DNA of 64,000 nucleotides from an uncultured Gemmatimonadales bacterium. GTDB taxonomy: Bacteria; Gemmatimonadota; Gemmatimonadetes; Gemmatimonadales; GWC2-71-9. A program made the position numbers and the translations under genes. The first letter of the stretch is position 1. Every line of letters begins with the position of its first letter. Of this stretch, positions 1-11,900 are shown piece by piece. Location: assembly GCA_963728915.1 (NCBI GenBank), contig CAVSLV010000002.1:96001-160000 (forward strand). The letters run 5' to 3'. Under the pieces are notes generated by a model that worked only from the letters and a program-made list of their open reading frames with translations, did not search any database and was not told the DNA's origin.

Positions 1-2
1 CG

Positions 3-212
3 GTGGTCCGGGCGCCGAGCGGAACCGAGTATCGGCTGGGAACCGCGACGGGCATGACGTCGACCGATTTCCAGATTCCCCGCAGTCTCCTGAATGGGGT
101 CAGCGAGCTCACCTTCGAGATCACCCCGTTGAGCGGTGGTCAGGCCCGGTTTTCCCGGACGATCACCATCAGCCCGGGCGAAGAGCTGATTCTGCGAATA
201 CCGCCCATCTAG
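3..212 (+). CDS. 3' part of hypothetical protein (runs off window edge)
   Basis: Open frame from window start to TAG at 210-212; no recognisable motif. Confidence 0.5.
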   Translation: MVRAPSGTEYRLGTATGMTSTDFQIPRSLLNGVSELTFEITPLSGGQARFSRTITISPGEELILRIPPI

Positions 213-1135
213 AAGACCTGAGGATCGACGTTCCCGCCGCAGAGGATTACGAGAGCCCTGCGGCGCGGAACGCCGCCTCGCAGGTAGCCCGCCAGCGCCA
301 CTCCGGCGGCCCCTTCCACCAGGAAACCGTGGGCATCCCGGACCTGTCGCATCGCCGTGAGGATTTCCTCCTCGGTGACGGTCACGAAGTCGTCGGCGAG
401 GGCTTTGCATAGTGGAAAAGTGATCGCACCGGGCTCCATCCCGCCGGCGGTGCCGTCCGAAAGCGTGGGCGCCGATTCCATTTCGAGAATCTCTCCGGCC
501 CGGACTGAAGCGATCATGACCGCGGAGTTTTCCGGGGAACACCCGATCACCTGAACGCCGGGCCACACCGCTTTGAGGTGCGCCGCAATCCCGGCGAGCA
601 GGCCCCCACCGCCCAGGGCGACGTACACCTCTTCCACGGGGTCGGTCTGCCGCGCCAGCTCGACTCCGATGGTTCCCTGCCCGCCGATGACCAGGAGATC
701 GTTGTAGGGAGAGACGTAGGGAATCCCCAGCCGTTCTCCTTCCTGCCGGGCAAACACTTCGGCCCCACCCGAGTCGGTGCCGTGCTCCTCGATTGTTCCA
801 CCCAGCGAGGCGATGATCGCGAGTTTCCCCGGGCTGGCTCCGCGCGACACCACGATCCGCGCCGGGATGCCCACGTGACGTGCCGCATAAGCCACCGCTG
901 CTCCGTGATTGCCGGTGGACGCGGTGATCACGCCCGCTGCGCGGGCGCCCGGGTCGAGCGAAAGAACCTTGCTGAGCGCGCCGCGGGCCTTGAAGGAACC
1001 GGTATGCTGACGATTCTCGAGCTTGAGCAGCGGACCGATCGGAGAGGGAATCAGCGGCGTCTCGAGGACCCAGGGACGGATCCGTTCCTCCGCGGCGAGA
1101 ATGTCGCTGCGGACCCGCTCGATCGTGATGTCCAT
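209..1135 (-). CDS. Threonine/serine dehydratase (PLP-dependent)
   Basis: KLENRQHTGSFKARGA PLP-lysine motif, STGNHG, GGGGL, EGAAG; likely start MDITIERV at 1135. Confidence 0.9.
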   Translation of the reverse strand: MDITIERVRSDILAAEERIRPWVLETPLIPSPIGPLLKLENRQHTGSFKARGALSKVLSLDPGARAAGVITASTGNHGAAVAYAARHVGIPARIVVSRGASPGKLAIIASLGGTIEEHGTDSGGAEVFARQEGERLGIPYVSPYNDLLVIGGQGTIGVELARQTDPVEEVYVALGGGGLLAGIAAHLKAVWPGVQVIGCSPENSAVMIASVRAGEILEMESAPTLSDGTAGGMEPGAITFPLCKALADDFVTVTEEEILTAMRQVRDAHGFLVEGAAGVALAGYLRGGVPRRRALVILCGGNVDPQVF

Positions 1136-1152
1136 CGGTTGGAAAGAAGGAG

Positions 1153-2154
1153 CTACGAGGGCCGGCGGAGAGTGCGAAGGTGGCGGAAGCCCACCATGCG
1201 ACCGCTTTCTTCGTCCCACAACTTGAGCCGGAGGGTCTTGATGCTCTCCCACACCGTCAGGGTCGTTGCCCGCTGCAGCTCGGGGTTTTCCCGGTGGCAC
1301 CGCTCCAGGCTGTAGTTGGGGATGCGCGGACTCAAATGATGCACGTGGTGAAATCCGATATTGCCGGTAAACCACTGGAACACCCGGGGGAGCCGGAAAT
1401 AGGAGCTGCCCCTCACGGCGGCCGTGGCGTAGTCCCAGTCGCCACCACCCCGCCAGTAGGTGTCCTCGAACTGGTGCTGGACATAGAAGAGCCACACGCC
1501 GGTCGTGCCGGAGATGACCAGGATCGGAATCCAGATCATCATGAATTCCCGGAAACCGATGAGCAGGGACAGCGAGGTGATCAGCGCCGCCAGCGCCAGG
1601 TTGGTGCTGAAGACGTTGATGATCTCGCGCTTCCCGGCGAAGCTGGGCGAGGGCCAGCGATGCTTGATGAACAGATAGGCCGGGCCGAAGCCGAGCAGCG
1701 TGAGCGGGTTACGGTACAGCCGGTAGCGGAGCCGGCGCCACCGGCTGAGCCCGAGATATTCCTTCACCGTGAGCGTGCTGATGTCTCCGGTGCCCCGCTC
1801 CTCGAGGTGTCCCGAGGTGGCGTGATGGATGGCGTGCTCCCGGCGCCAGTGCGAATAGGGGACCGCGGTCAGAACGCCGGTCACCCATCCCACGATGTCA
1901 TTCCAGTGGCGCGAAGGCAGGAACGAGCCGTGCCCGCAGTCGTGCATGATGATGAAGGTGCGAATCGCGAGCCCCGCGGCCGGGATGGCCAGCGCCAGCG
2001 TGAGCCAGTAGCTCACGCGGAGGCTCCAGTACATCAGCGCGAAGACGCCGATCAGCGGGAGAATGGTGGTCACCAGCTGCCAGACCGCGCGACGCACGCT
2101 CGGCACCTGGTACCGGGCCACAATGTCCTTCCAGGATGTTGATCGAGAATTCAC
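1153..2154 (-). CDS. Membrane fatty acid desaturase
   Basis: Three His boxes HDCGH, HAIHH, HHVHH; hydrophobic segments. Confidence 0.92.
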   Translation of the reverse strand: MNSRSTSWKDIVARYQVPSVRRAVWQLVTTILPLIGVFALMYWSLRVSYWLTLALAIPAAGLAIRTFIIMHDCGHGSFLPSRHWNDIVGWVTGVLTAVPYSHWRREHAIHHATSGHLEERGTGDISTLTVKEYLGLSRWRRLRYRLYRNPLTLLGFGPAYLFIKHRWPSPSFAGKREIINVFSTNLALAALITSLSLLIGFREFMMIWIPILVISGTTGVWLFYVQHQFEDTYWRGGGDWDYATAAVRGSSYFRLPRVFQWFTGNIGFHHVHHLSPRIPNYSLERCHRENPELQRATTLTVWESIKTLRLKLWDEESGRMVGFRHLRTLRRPS

Positions 2155-2308
2155 TCCTTAAAATAGCCATTCCGGGCCCCAGTTGCGATGCCCGGATATG
2201 ATTGTGACATGAATTTGAGATCAGGGGGCATCTGGGCCGGGCTCGCCGCGGGCAGCCGCCGGGCTGGGGCTTCCGCTGGCCGCTTCCGCCGCGCAGGACG
2301 CTCCGACG

Positions 2309-3130
2309 GTGCGCCGAGACTCGGTGGAATGGACCGACTCCATGACAACCCGGGCGATCGTCTGGTCCCCGGCGGGCACCGGACCATTCCCCACCCTCCT
2401 GTTCTCTCCGGGCTACGGCCAGAAGCCAGCTGCCTATTCGACGCTGCTGCGGGACTGGGCCCGTCACGGCTTTCTGGTGATCGCGATTCAACACCCCGAC
2501 TTCCCCGATCCCGATAACGTCGAGCTGTACGACGCGGAGCTCGTCATCGCGCGGCAACTGAGCAAGGTGCTCACACAGGTCCTGCACGAGCAGACCGGAC
2601 AATCGACTCCATTCGCGCGGATCGACCCCACCCGGGTGGGAGTGATCGGGCACTCCATTGGAGGCGGGGCGGCGGCACAGGTCTGCGCGTGGGATACCCG
2701 GTTCCGCGCCGGCATGAATCTCGACGGAACCATCTTTGGTCCGGTGATTCACACCGGCATGACCCAGCCGTTCTTTCTGGTCCGGCAGCGAGTGGACGTC
2801 CGCCCCAATGACCCGCCCCACTTCTACGAAAACCGCGATCAGGCCAACCTCCATGAGGATTCGGTCTTCTCCCACAGCCCCACGATGTACTGGCTCACGG
2901 TCGAAGGACTCGATCACATGGCGTTCACCGACGCGGCGCTTGCTCCGGGGGTGGGAGCGCGGGTGCAGTCCGCGGTCGGTCTCCGCCAAAGCGCCGAGGA
3001 GACTCAGGCGATGACCACCCGCTACGTCCTGGATTTCTTCGGACACTACCTGAACGGCGACCCGCGACCCGGGAGCTTCAACGCGTCGCCATTCGCGCGA
3101 ACCAGTCTGCGGCGAAAACCCGCGGGCTGA
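2309..3130 (+). CDS. Alpha/beta hydrolase (PAF-acetylhydrolase/chlorophyllase-like); 5' end probably frameshifted
   Basis: FSPGYG, GHSIGG nucleophile elbow, NLDG, HMAFTD. Confidence 0.8.
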   Translation: MRRDSVEWTDSMTTRAIVWSPAGTGPFPTLLFSPGYGQKPAAYSTLLRDWARHGFLVIAIQHPDFPDPDNVELYDAELVIARQLSKVLTQVLHEQTGQSTPFARIDPTRVGVIGHSIGGGAAAQVCAWDTRFRAGMNLDGTIFGPVIHTGMTQPFFLVRQRVDVRPNDPPHFYENRDQANLHEDSVFSHSPTMYWLTVEGLDHMAFTDAALAPGVGARVQSAVGLRQSAEETQAMTTRYVLDFFGHYLNGDPRPGSFNASPFARTSLRRKPAG

Positions 3131-3156
3131 ATTGCGCGAAGGTTTATCTTGGGAAG

Positions 3157-4065
3157 ATGTCCATCCGGCCCGTTCGCCAGGTGATCGAATCGCAGCCAAC
3201 CCTCGAAGGAGCCGGAGTTCATCTGCGCCGGGCCTTCGGATTCGGCAAGAGCAACGAATTCGATCCCTTCCTCCTGCTGGACGATTTTCGGAACGAGCGC
3301 CCCGAGGACTACAAGGCCGGATTTCCCTGGCATCCCCATCGCGGCATCGAGACGATCACCTACGTGCTCGCCGGCACGGTGGAGCACGCCGACAGTCTGG
3401 GCAACAGCGGAGTGATCGCGGCGGGAGACGTGCAGTGGATGACCGCGGGGCGCGGCATCATCCACCAGGAAATGCCGGAAGGAGACGACGGGGGCCGGAT
3501 GCATGGCTTCCAGCTCTGGGCCAATCTCCCATCCGCGCTCAAGATGACGGAGCCTCGGTACCAGGAGATCAAGGCGCCCGAGGTGCCCGTCGTGGTGGAC
3601 GACGACGGCACCGAAGTTCGCGTCGTCTCGGGTGAATTCTGGGGAAAGCGCGGTCCGGTGGAAGGAATCGCCGCCGACCCGGTCTATGCCGACATCTGGG
3701 TGCCACCCGGCAAACGAAAGACGTTACCGGTCGCGACCACCCGCAATGCATTCGCCTATGTCTTTCAGGGCGGCGGCAAGTTCGCGAATGCCTCGGAGCC
3801 GCGGGGGGTGATGACCGAAGGTCCCGACCAGATCGCCCGGCTGGTGCAGCCCACCGACGCCCAGAACCGGTCGCTCATCCTGTTCGATCGCGGGGATGAG
3901 ATCGTGGTCCAGGCCGGCGAAGAAGGCATCCGCTTCCTGCTGGTCTCCGGTGAGCCGCTCAAGGAGCCGGTGGCGTGGTGGGGCCCGATCGTGATGAACA
4001 CCCGGGACCAGCTCGACCAGGCCATCCGCGAGTTGCGCGAAGGAACCTTCCTCAACACCAAGTAG
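3157..4065 (+). CDS. Pirin family protein
   Basis: DPFLLLD, GFPWHPHRGIET, QWMTAGRGIIHQE, GPIVMNT. Confidence 0.95.
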   Translation: MSIRPVRQVIESQPTLEGAGVHLRRAFGFGKSNEFDPFLLLDDFRNERPEDYKAGFPWHPHRGIETITYVLAGTVEHADSLGNSGVIAAGDVQWMTAGRGIIHQEMPEGDDGGRMHGFQLWANLPSALKMTEPRYQEIKAPEVPVVVDDDGTEVRVVSGEFWGKRGPVEGIAADPVYADIWVPPGKRKTLPVATTRNAFAYVFQGGGKFANASEPRGVMTEGPDQIARLVQPTDAQNRSLILFDRGDEIVVQAGEEGIRFLLVSGEPLKEPVAWWGPIVMNTRDQLDQAIRELREGTFLNTK

Positions 4066-4363
4066 GACTTTCCCGGTCCGGCACGAACATTGAATCGAGT
4101 GGACGCCATGCTGCGATCCGCTCGCGTGTTAGTGGCGCTCTGTCTGCTGGGCTGCCGAGGAGCGAACGGGGAACCGCCGTCGCCGCGGGGCAGCCGCTGG
4201 GCCGGCACATCGGCAATCAGACCATGTCGGATATCGCCATGGCGGTGAACACCCCGCGGGGTACCAAGCTGGTGAGACTGGTTCGAGGCGACCCGCTCCA
4301 GTGCAGCGGGGAGACCTTCGGGACGGTGGGCACCCTGGAAAACTGGACGACGCTGTCCGGCAA

Positions 4364-5077
4364 TTAACCCGGGAACCAGGCCAGCGCCGCGATCCACTCC
4401 CCCGCCACGATCACCCGGACCCGGCACCCGGTCTCTTTCCCGTCCGGCGCCGAGGGCAACCGCACCGCGAACTCGCTCGAGCCGGAGGACAACGGTTCGA
4501 CCTGCACCTGGTGAAGCGGGACGCCCAATCCGGTTCTGGTCAGCTTGACCGCGGCTTCCTTCACCGTCCAGATCCGCAGCAAGGCCTCGGTGCGCCGGGC
4601 CCCTGCCGGCCATCGCTCGAGCAGGGACTGCTCCCGCGGAGTGCACGCCAGGGTGGCCAGGCCGGGATCGATCGTCCCGATGGGCTCAAGATCGAGGCCC
4701 AAGGGCCGGTCCAGGGGAAAGGCCACTGCGGCGGCCAGGCCACCGGCATGGGTGATCGACACTCCGAAGCTGACCGAAGAACCGGAAGCCGTGCTCACCA
4801 CCGGCTCGCCGGAGGACCCCGTCGTGACCGTGAAATCTTCCGGCCCCCGATGTTCGGCGAGCGCGTCGAGGAGTGCGAGCTTCGCGGCCGCGCGGCCAGC
4901 GGTCCACTCTTCCTTGCGTTTCGGGAAGCGGAACCCGCCGGCGCGCTGGCGCTCGGCGATCGAAAGCAGCCCGTCCTCCCCGGCCTGGACCGGAACCACG
5001 GCGACCCGCGCGGTGGGATCGGGCAGCGCCGCGCTCAGGGCGTGCGCCAGCGCGGGTATGGCTTCGAGCGGGCTCAC
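4364..5077 (-). CDS. 4'-phosphopantetheinyl transferase (Sfp-type)
   Basis: VSITHAGG, GLDLE, WTVKEAAVK motifs; GTG start overlaps the FabI stop. Confidence 0.9.
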   Translation of the reverse strand: MSPLEAIPALAHALSAALPDPTARVAVVPVQAGEDGLLSIAERQRAGGFRFPKRKEEWTAGRAAAKLALLDALAEHRGPEDFTVTTGSSGEPVVSTASGSSVSFGVSITHAGGLAAAVAFPLDRPLGLDLEPIGTIDPGLATLACTPREQSLLERWPAGARRTEALLRIWTVKEAAVKLTRTGLGVPLHQVQVEPLSSGSSEFAVRLPSAPDGKETGCRVRVIVAGEWIAALAWFPG

Positions 5078-5952
5078 AAAAAGAGCGAGCTGGAGAGACC
5101 GCAGTCGACCCGGATGACCTGCCCGGTGATCTTCCGCGCGTAATCGCTGGCGAGAAAGAGCGCGCATCCCGCCACGTCTTCCTGGGTAATGGTGTCCGGG
5201 ATGGCGCACCGGTGCGTGGTGGCCTGCTCGAACCGCTTCCATGCATTCGAGGCCGAGGCGACCTCATCGCCCGGAGTCACCGAAGGATCGTGGGCCGCCT
5301 GGTCCAGCGCCTCGGCCAGCGCCGAGCCTTCGGTCCGCGCGCTGGCCGCCACGGCCCGGATGATGGATATCGCCGCGAGGGTCTCGATCGGCCCCGGCGA
5401 AATGGCGTTCACCCGGATCCGCCGGGGACCCAGCTCGATCGCCAGATAGCGAACCATCGCCTCGAGCGCGGCCTTGGCCACCCCCATCATGCCGTACATC
5501 GGCACCGCGCGCTCGGCCGCCTGGAACGAGAGGGTCTGCACGTTGCCACCGTCCCGAAGCACCGCCGAGGCCTGGTGCACCACCGAGCCGAGCGAGTGGC
5601 TCGACACGGCCAGGGTCTCCGCGAATGCGGCGCGAGAGACAGCGGACACCGGATTGGAGAAGATCTCCGGGGGCCCGAACGCCACCGCGTGCACCAGGGT
5701 ATCGATGGGATCGCCGGCGAAGCGCGCGAAGAAGTTGCGCACCTCGTCGTCGACCAAGACATCGCACCGGTCGCCGGTGATGTCGGGGTTGTCCCGCAAT
5801 AGCAGGCGGACCCGGCTGAAGAATCGCTGCTGATAGCCGATGAATACCCGGGCGCCCTGGGCCTGAAAGGCCTTCGCGATCGCCCACGCTATGCTCGCTT
5901 CGTCGGCCACCCCGAGCACGGCGATCCGGCGACCGGTCAGCCCGAAGCTCAT
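5074..5952 (-). CDS. fabI: Enoyl-ACP reductase, FabI-like
   Basis: GVADEASIAWAIA, YGMMGVAKAALE (YxxMxxxK), RVNAISPGPI; start overlaps the PKS stop. Confidence 0.88.
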   Translation of the reverse strand: MSFGLTGRRIAVLGVADEASIAWAIAKAFQAQGARVFIGYQQRFFSRVRLLLRDNPDITGDRCDVLVDDEVRNFFARFAGDPIDTLVHAVAFGPPEIFSNPVSAVSRAAFAETLAVSSHSLGSVVHQASAVLRDGGNVQTLSFQAAERAVPMYGMMGVAKAALEAMVRYLAIELGPRRIRVNAISPGPIETLAAISIIRAVAASARTEGSALAEALDQAAHDPSVTPGDEVASASNAWKRFEQATTHRCAIPDTITQEDVAGCALFLASDYARKITGQVIRVDCGLSSSLFL

Positions 5953-8900
5953 TCGACGCCGTCGACTTTGTGCCCGATGCCGAGCAGCCGGAACCCCTCG
6001 AGCCGGAGGTGGACCCGGCCATCGGCATCCACCACATCGCTGTCGAAGCAAGGGACCTCGCCGGCCTGATCCACCAGGCGGGCGATGGCGAGAGACGCGG
6101 CCCCGGGTGATCGGGCGTACCAGGTGAGCCGTTTGAGGCCGGCCGGCAGACCAGGCCAGTTGAGCCGGAGCATGGCGAGCAACCCGGCAACCTGGAAAGC
6201 CGCTTCGCAAAGGAGCGGATCGGTTTGAAGCCGGCCGGACGACGGCGCCGCCAGCGCGTCCTGTTGGAGCGGGGCGAGCGCGCCGACGGCAGAGGACTCC
6301 ACCATCCGGAGCTCTCGGAGGACGCGGAAGAGCGGTCCGTGTGACAGGACCCCGATCGGACCATAGAGGGAATCGCGGCTCACCAGCGCGTCGCAGCCGG
6401 CCGGTGGAAGTGCAGCGACAGGCGGGAGAGGACGCGACTGGCCCAGGACCACGATCGCGGAGTAATGCTGTCGATCGGGGAGACGGATCCGCCCGTTGGG
6501 GCTCGTGAAATCCGAACCGATTCGCATGACCGCCCGCCGCTCGGCAGGATCGGTCGTCGGCAGCGCTTCCCCCGACACGTTGAGGGTCACCGGATGACCC
6601 GGGAAGAACTTGACCGCGAGCGAAATCTCGAGGTCCTCGAGTCCGGTCACGGTCCACCCGGGGAAGAGCCGGGCGGCGGCTTCCGCCATGAGCTCGATGC
6701 CCATGACGCCGGGCAGGAGTGCGTTGCCGTCGATGACGTGGTCGTTGAGCCAGGGATGTCGCGCGGGATCGATCTGCGCGCTCGCGGTGATCTCGATCCC
6801 GGGCCGGAGGCTCACGACCTCGAGGTACCCCGACTTCTCGGCGTGGCCGTTGCCGTTGGCGTCGAGCGCGGCCGGACTGGAGGGTTCCAGGGCGCCCAGC
6901 CGCCGGACGATGCAGACGGCGGGAGCGGTTCCGTGCCGAAGCTCGTCGATGAAGGCGCGCGCGCCATCACTGGGCGAGAGCGGCTCGAGGCCTGCTTCGG
7001 CGAGGAAATCGGTAGCGCCCGAGCGCGCGGCGAGACCTACGTCCGACCACGCGGTCCAATCGATCGCCACCGCACGGAGTCCCGGTGTGGTGCGGCGGAT
7101 CGCTCCGGTCATCCGACTCAGCAGATCGTTGGCGGCGGCATAGTCGGCCTGGCCGCGATTGCCGAAGCGGCCGGCCACCGAGGAAAACGCGACCAGAAGG
7201 GCCGGAGGACGCTCGCGCAATGCCTGCCACAGGTGGTAGTAGCCCAGCCCCTTCACGTCGAATACCCGGTCGAACGAAGCAGCGGGTTTGCTCTCGATCG
7301 GCTTGTCCTCGATGATGCCGGCGCCGAATACCACGACATCGAGCCGATCGAATCTCGAGTAGATCTCCCGGACCAGCGCTTCCACCTCTGATGCGTTGCG
7401 GACCTCGCAGGCCCGGTAGTCGGCTCTGCGCCCCGGCTTGCTCAATCGCATGCAGGGTCTGCCACGTCTCGGCGCCGGCCTCGAGCCGCTCGATCTCCCG
7501 TTCCACCTCGGCCGGCTTGAGATCGGGACGCTCCTCGCGACGACGGCGATGGTAGTCGCGGCGCCACTGCTGACGCTGCTCGGCGGTCAGGCCGGCGATC
7601 GCTTCTGCGTCCTTCGGGAGCGGCGAGCGACCCACCGTAAGGATGATGGAGCGATAGCGCGCGGCAAGCTCTTTCGCGATGGTAGCGCCCACACCTCGGC
7701 CGCCTCCGATCACCAGCACGACACTGTCCGGACCCAGCTCGGCCTCGGACGACCCGGATCGATCAACCGGAGATTCGATCAGCCGCACCACGAAGCGCTG
7801 ACCCTGCCGATAGCCGACCTCGAGGGCCTCGGTACCGCGGTCCATTTCGTCGAGGATCCTCTGAGCGGCTTCGTCGGGACGTTCCGCTACTTCGGCCGGC
7901 TGCCAGGTCGAGCACTTTGACGGCCGCATCGGGTATCTCACGCGCTACCGTCTTGAAGAAGCCGGCCACTCCTCCAGCGATTCCGGCTGCGACGATCCCC
8001 GCATCGGTCTCCGAAACTGCCGGCTGGAATCCGAATTGACCGCCGAGTCCGGTCACCGCGATGGCCGCTCCGTTCTTGCAGATCGCCATGCAATGCCTTG
8101 ACCAGGTGAAACGCGCTCTTCACCGAGCTTGCGAGCGCGGCGGAGTATTCTTCCGCTCCCGGATGTGGGAACCGCCGGCACACTGGAGCCCTGCCAGGTG
8201 GATCAGGGCATCGATCCCACCGAGCTCCTGTCTGACGGCGAGAACGGCGCTGTTCACCTCTTTCGGATCTTCGAGACGACACTGCCGAACCGAAATACCG
8301 TTGTTCGACACTCCCTTGGAGCCGAGGATGACGACCTGCGCTCCCCGCTCGGCCAGGAGGTGAGCGAGCGCAGGAGCGAGGCCGAGGCCGTCGTCGGTGA
8401 TCAACACCCGTGCGCCGGCGCGAAGCCGCGGCGTAGCATGATGACCGTTCAGCTCTTCGTGAGCGGCGATCGGGGTGAGCCGTCGATAGGGGGCCCGCTC
8501 TGGCGGGACCGCCGGCGCAGGAGCCGGTGCCGATGCGATCGCAGTCTCGGAACCGGTGGCCCCGGCGACCTGCGCCATTCCATACTCGATGATCTTGCGA
8601 AGGGTGGCGAGCTCCTGGATCCGCAGGTCAGGATCGACCGGCATCTTCAGCCGTTCGCGCAGGCTCACCAGGATCTGCGCCTGCTTGATGGTGTCGATGC
8701 CGAGATCAGCTTCGAGGTTGAGATCGAGCTCCAGCAGCTCGGGCTCGTATCCGGTCTTCTCGCTGACCACCGCGACGACGATCTCCTTGACCTGATCGAA
8801 ATCGCCGCTGGACGGAGGGGCCTGCGGTTGCGGAGCGGGCGGTGGAGCAGTCGCAGTCGCAGGCGCAGTCGCGGCCTCTGAGGTGGGAGCTTTCGGCTCC

Positions 8901-11900
8901 GCAGAGATCTTCCCTGCCGTCGCCTGGGTAATGAACCCGATAACGTGCTGCAGGGTCGGGTAGTCCTTGATCCGGAACTCCTCCTGTTGCGGGATGGCAA
9001 ATTGCTCCCGGAGCCGGACGATGATCTGGGCCTGCTTGATCGTATCGATGCCGAGATCGGCTTCGAGATCGAGGTCCAGCTCGAGCAGCTCACGCTCATA
9101 GCCGGTCTTCTCGCTCACCACCGCGAGCACCGCGTCGGTGATCGATCTCGGCGGCCGGAACAAGCGGTGCGGGAGGCGCCGGCGGTTCGGGTGCAGGCGC
9201 CAGCGGTGCGGGCGCTTACGATCGGTGCCGGAGCAGGGGGAGCCGGTGCCGGAGCTCTGACTCCGGGCACTCCGATGTCCTTGACACGGAGGGTGCGGTG
9301 ATCGACCTCGACCTCGGCATTCTGCTGACCCGACACGCTGGCGACCCAGCCGGCATATCGAGCCTGGTCCACGACCGTTGCGTTGGTCCGGGTCCCGCGC
9401 CGGGAGAGGGAGATCGCAACCTGGCCGCCGAAACCGGCGCTGAAGCGCAAGGCGTATTCGGCGTCGGTGCTTCCGCCCGGGCTGAGTCGCATTCCTTCGA
9501 GCGCCGGATCCGGCTCCCGGCAGTTGAGTACCGGCGGGATCTTGCGATGCTGGAGCGAGAGCAGCGCTACCACATCTTCGATGCCGGCGCCCTGGGCGTG
9601 GCCGGTCATCGCCTTGGTGTTGAGAATCGTGATCTCCCGCCAGGCATCACCGAAGGTGTGGCGGAGGGCCTGCATTTCGGTTTCGGCGATCCCACCGCGC
9701 GCCGGGGTGAACGTTTCGTGGGAGAGGTAGATCGTCTTCGGGGCGATCGCGCGCCGGTCGAGTCCGTGCTCGTGCTCGGCCTGCCGCATCATCGCGTCGA
9801 GCTCGTTCTGAATGAACGCGGTGTCGGGGCGTGTCAGGTGCCCGGCGCTGTTCGAGACCCGAGTCGCAAGAAGCTCCCCGATGCTCGCCACGCCGCGAGC
9901 CCGCACCGTCTGCTCGCGCTCCACGACCAGGCAGACCGCGCCCATGCCGACCAGCATCCCGTGGCGCCGGCGGTCGAACGGAATGGCGGCATCCACAACG
10001 CTCGCATCGGTGGCCGAGGCACCTGCGGCGAGGAATCCGGCGGCGACCCATTCCATCATCGGGCCGGAGGTCGCGTCGTCCGAGGCGAGAATGACGACCC
10101 GTGCCGCCTTGCCGCTTCGGAGCAGATCCTCTGCCAGCGACAGCGCCACGGTGGTGGAGCTGCATGCCGCATCCATCTTGAAGTTGGGGCCCTTGGCCCT
10201 GATCAGCCGGGCAAACAGCGCATTCGCGCCGCACACGATCCGGGAGGTGAAGTGGCTGTCGAATTCGTATGGTGCCGCAGGTTGATCGCCGTTCCACAGG
10301 CGATGCTGTTCGGCCGCGAACCAGCGATCCGCCTCCAGCCGCTCTTCGGGCGAGCTGCGCGGCGGCGAGCCGCTCCTGGTAGCGATACCGGAGACCATCC
10401 GCGGCAAGCAATCCGTACTTGTGCGCCCCGAAGCGCTCCATCTCGCCGGCGAGGGTGTTGTAGCCGCTGAACGCCGACGCGAAGATCACCGCGGTCTCAT
10501 CCTGGAGCGGCTCGGGCAGGCACCAACCGTCGGCGATGCGACCCTGGCGGGTGGTCTCGCGGTACTGCCGGACCAGGGGAATCCCGGCATCGCGCAATCC
10601 TTCGAGTCCCGCGGCGATCGCCAGCTGATTGGTGATCTCGGAGCGGAGGATCGCCTCGTCGGTGACTCCGAAGTCCCGGGCGAGGTCGAACGAGCCGCGC
10701 TGTCCCGCCAGCTTGATGCTGCCGCTCCGGTCCACCACCGGCTCGAACCTGGGCGGGCCGTCGCCATCCTTGACCAGGCGGGTGACGCGCTGGGCGACGA
10801 TCTTGTCCTGATCGCTCTCGCTCAAGAGGTCGATGAGCGTCTCACCGGCGAAGATGCGGCCGATGCCGCTCGTCGTCGAATACCGGATACCTGCGCCCGG
10901 GAAGTCCGAGGCTGACCCCGGAGATCACAATTGCGTCGTCACCCACGGGCGAGGACGCTGAAGACGGCGAAGTCGAGGGCCTCGAGGAGGGTGAGGAGGC
11001 AGAGGATGGTGAGAGCCGCGAGGACGGTGAGGGCATTGCGGACGACTCCGACCTCACGCTGAAGCCGCGCGCCATGAGCCCGCCAAGCAGCCGATGGAAT
11101 TGCTGCAGCTCGCCGGGTTTGGGGTGAACACTGTGGAGCGCCGCGTGCGGACGGTCGGCCAGAATGTCGCTCACGAAGCTGGTGAGGGCCCGCTTGGGCC
11201 CGACTTCCACAAAGGTCCGCACCCCATCCGCGTAGAGTCGCTCGACCATGGACACGAAGTCCACCTGATGATCGAGCTGATCCAGCAGCGCCTCGCGCAC
11301 CGCCGCCGCGCCGGCCGAGGGCTCGTAGTAGCCGCCGGTGACGCTGGAGAGAATCGGGAGCGTGGCGGACTCCACCGAAAGATCCTGGAGCGCGCGTTCC
11401 ATGTCGGGCCGGAGCGCGGCGGCCAGTCGGGAATGGAATGCTCCCGCGATCGGGAGCATTCGTCCCTCGACCCCGCGCTGGGCAAACAGCATGACCGCCC
11501 GAGCCACCGCCTCGCTCTCACCCGCAATGATCGTCTGGGTCGCGCAGTTCCGATTGGCGATCGCTACATAACCGAAGATCCCGGGCAGGACTGCTTCGAC
11601 TGCCGGTGCGTCGGTGCTGAGCATGGCCATGGCACCGGGATCGCCCGATTGAGACAAGCGGTCCATGGCCTGCCCTCGCGCATGCACCAGCCGGATGCCT
11701 TCCGCGAGACTGATGGTTCCGGCCGCAACCAGCGCAGCGTACTCGCCGAGGCTGTGCCCGGCCACCAGATCGGGCTCGAGCCCCAGGCTCTGGAGCAACC
11801 GGCCGATGGCCACGTTGGCGACCAGGAGCACCGGCTGCACCAGGTCGCTCTTCATGAGCCGCTCGTCGACCGCGGCGGCATCCTCGGTCCCGTTCCGGAA

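Noticed and set aside
4108..4367. Small lipoprotein-like ORF (MLRSARVLVALCLLGC) after pirin
   Set aside because: Frame unclear and apparently truncated against the PPTase stop; cannot support a call
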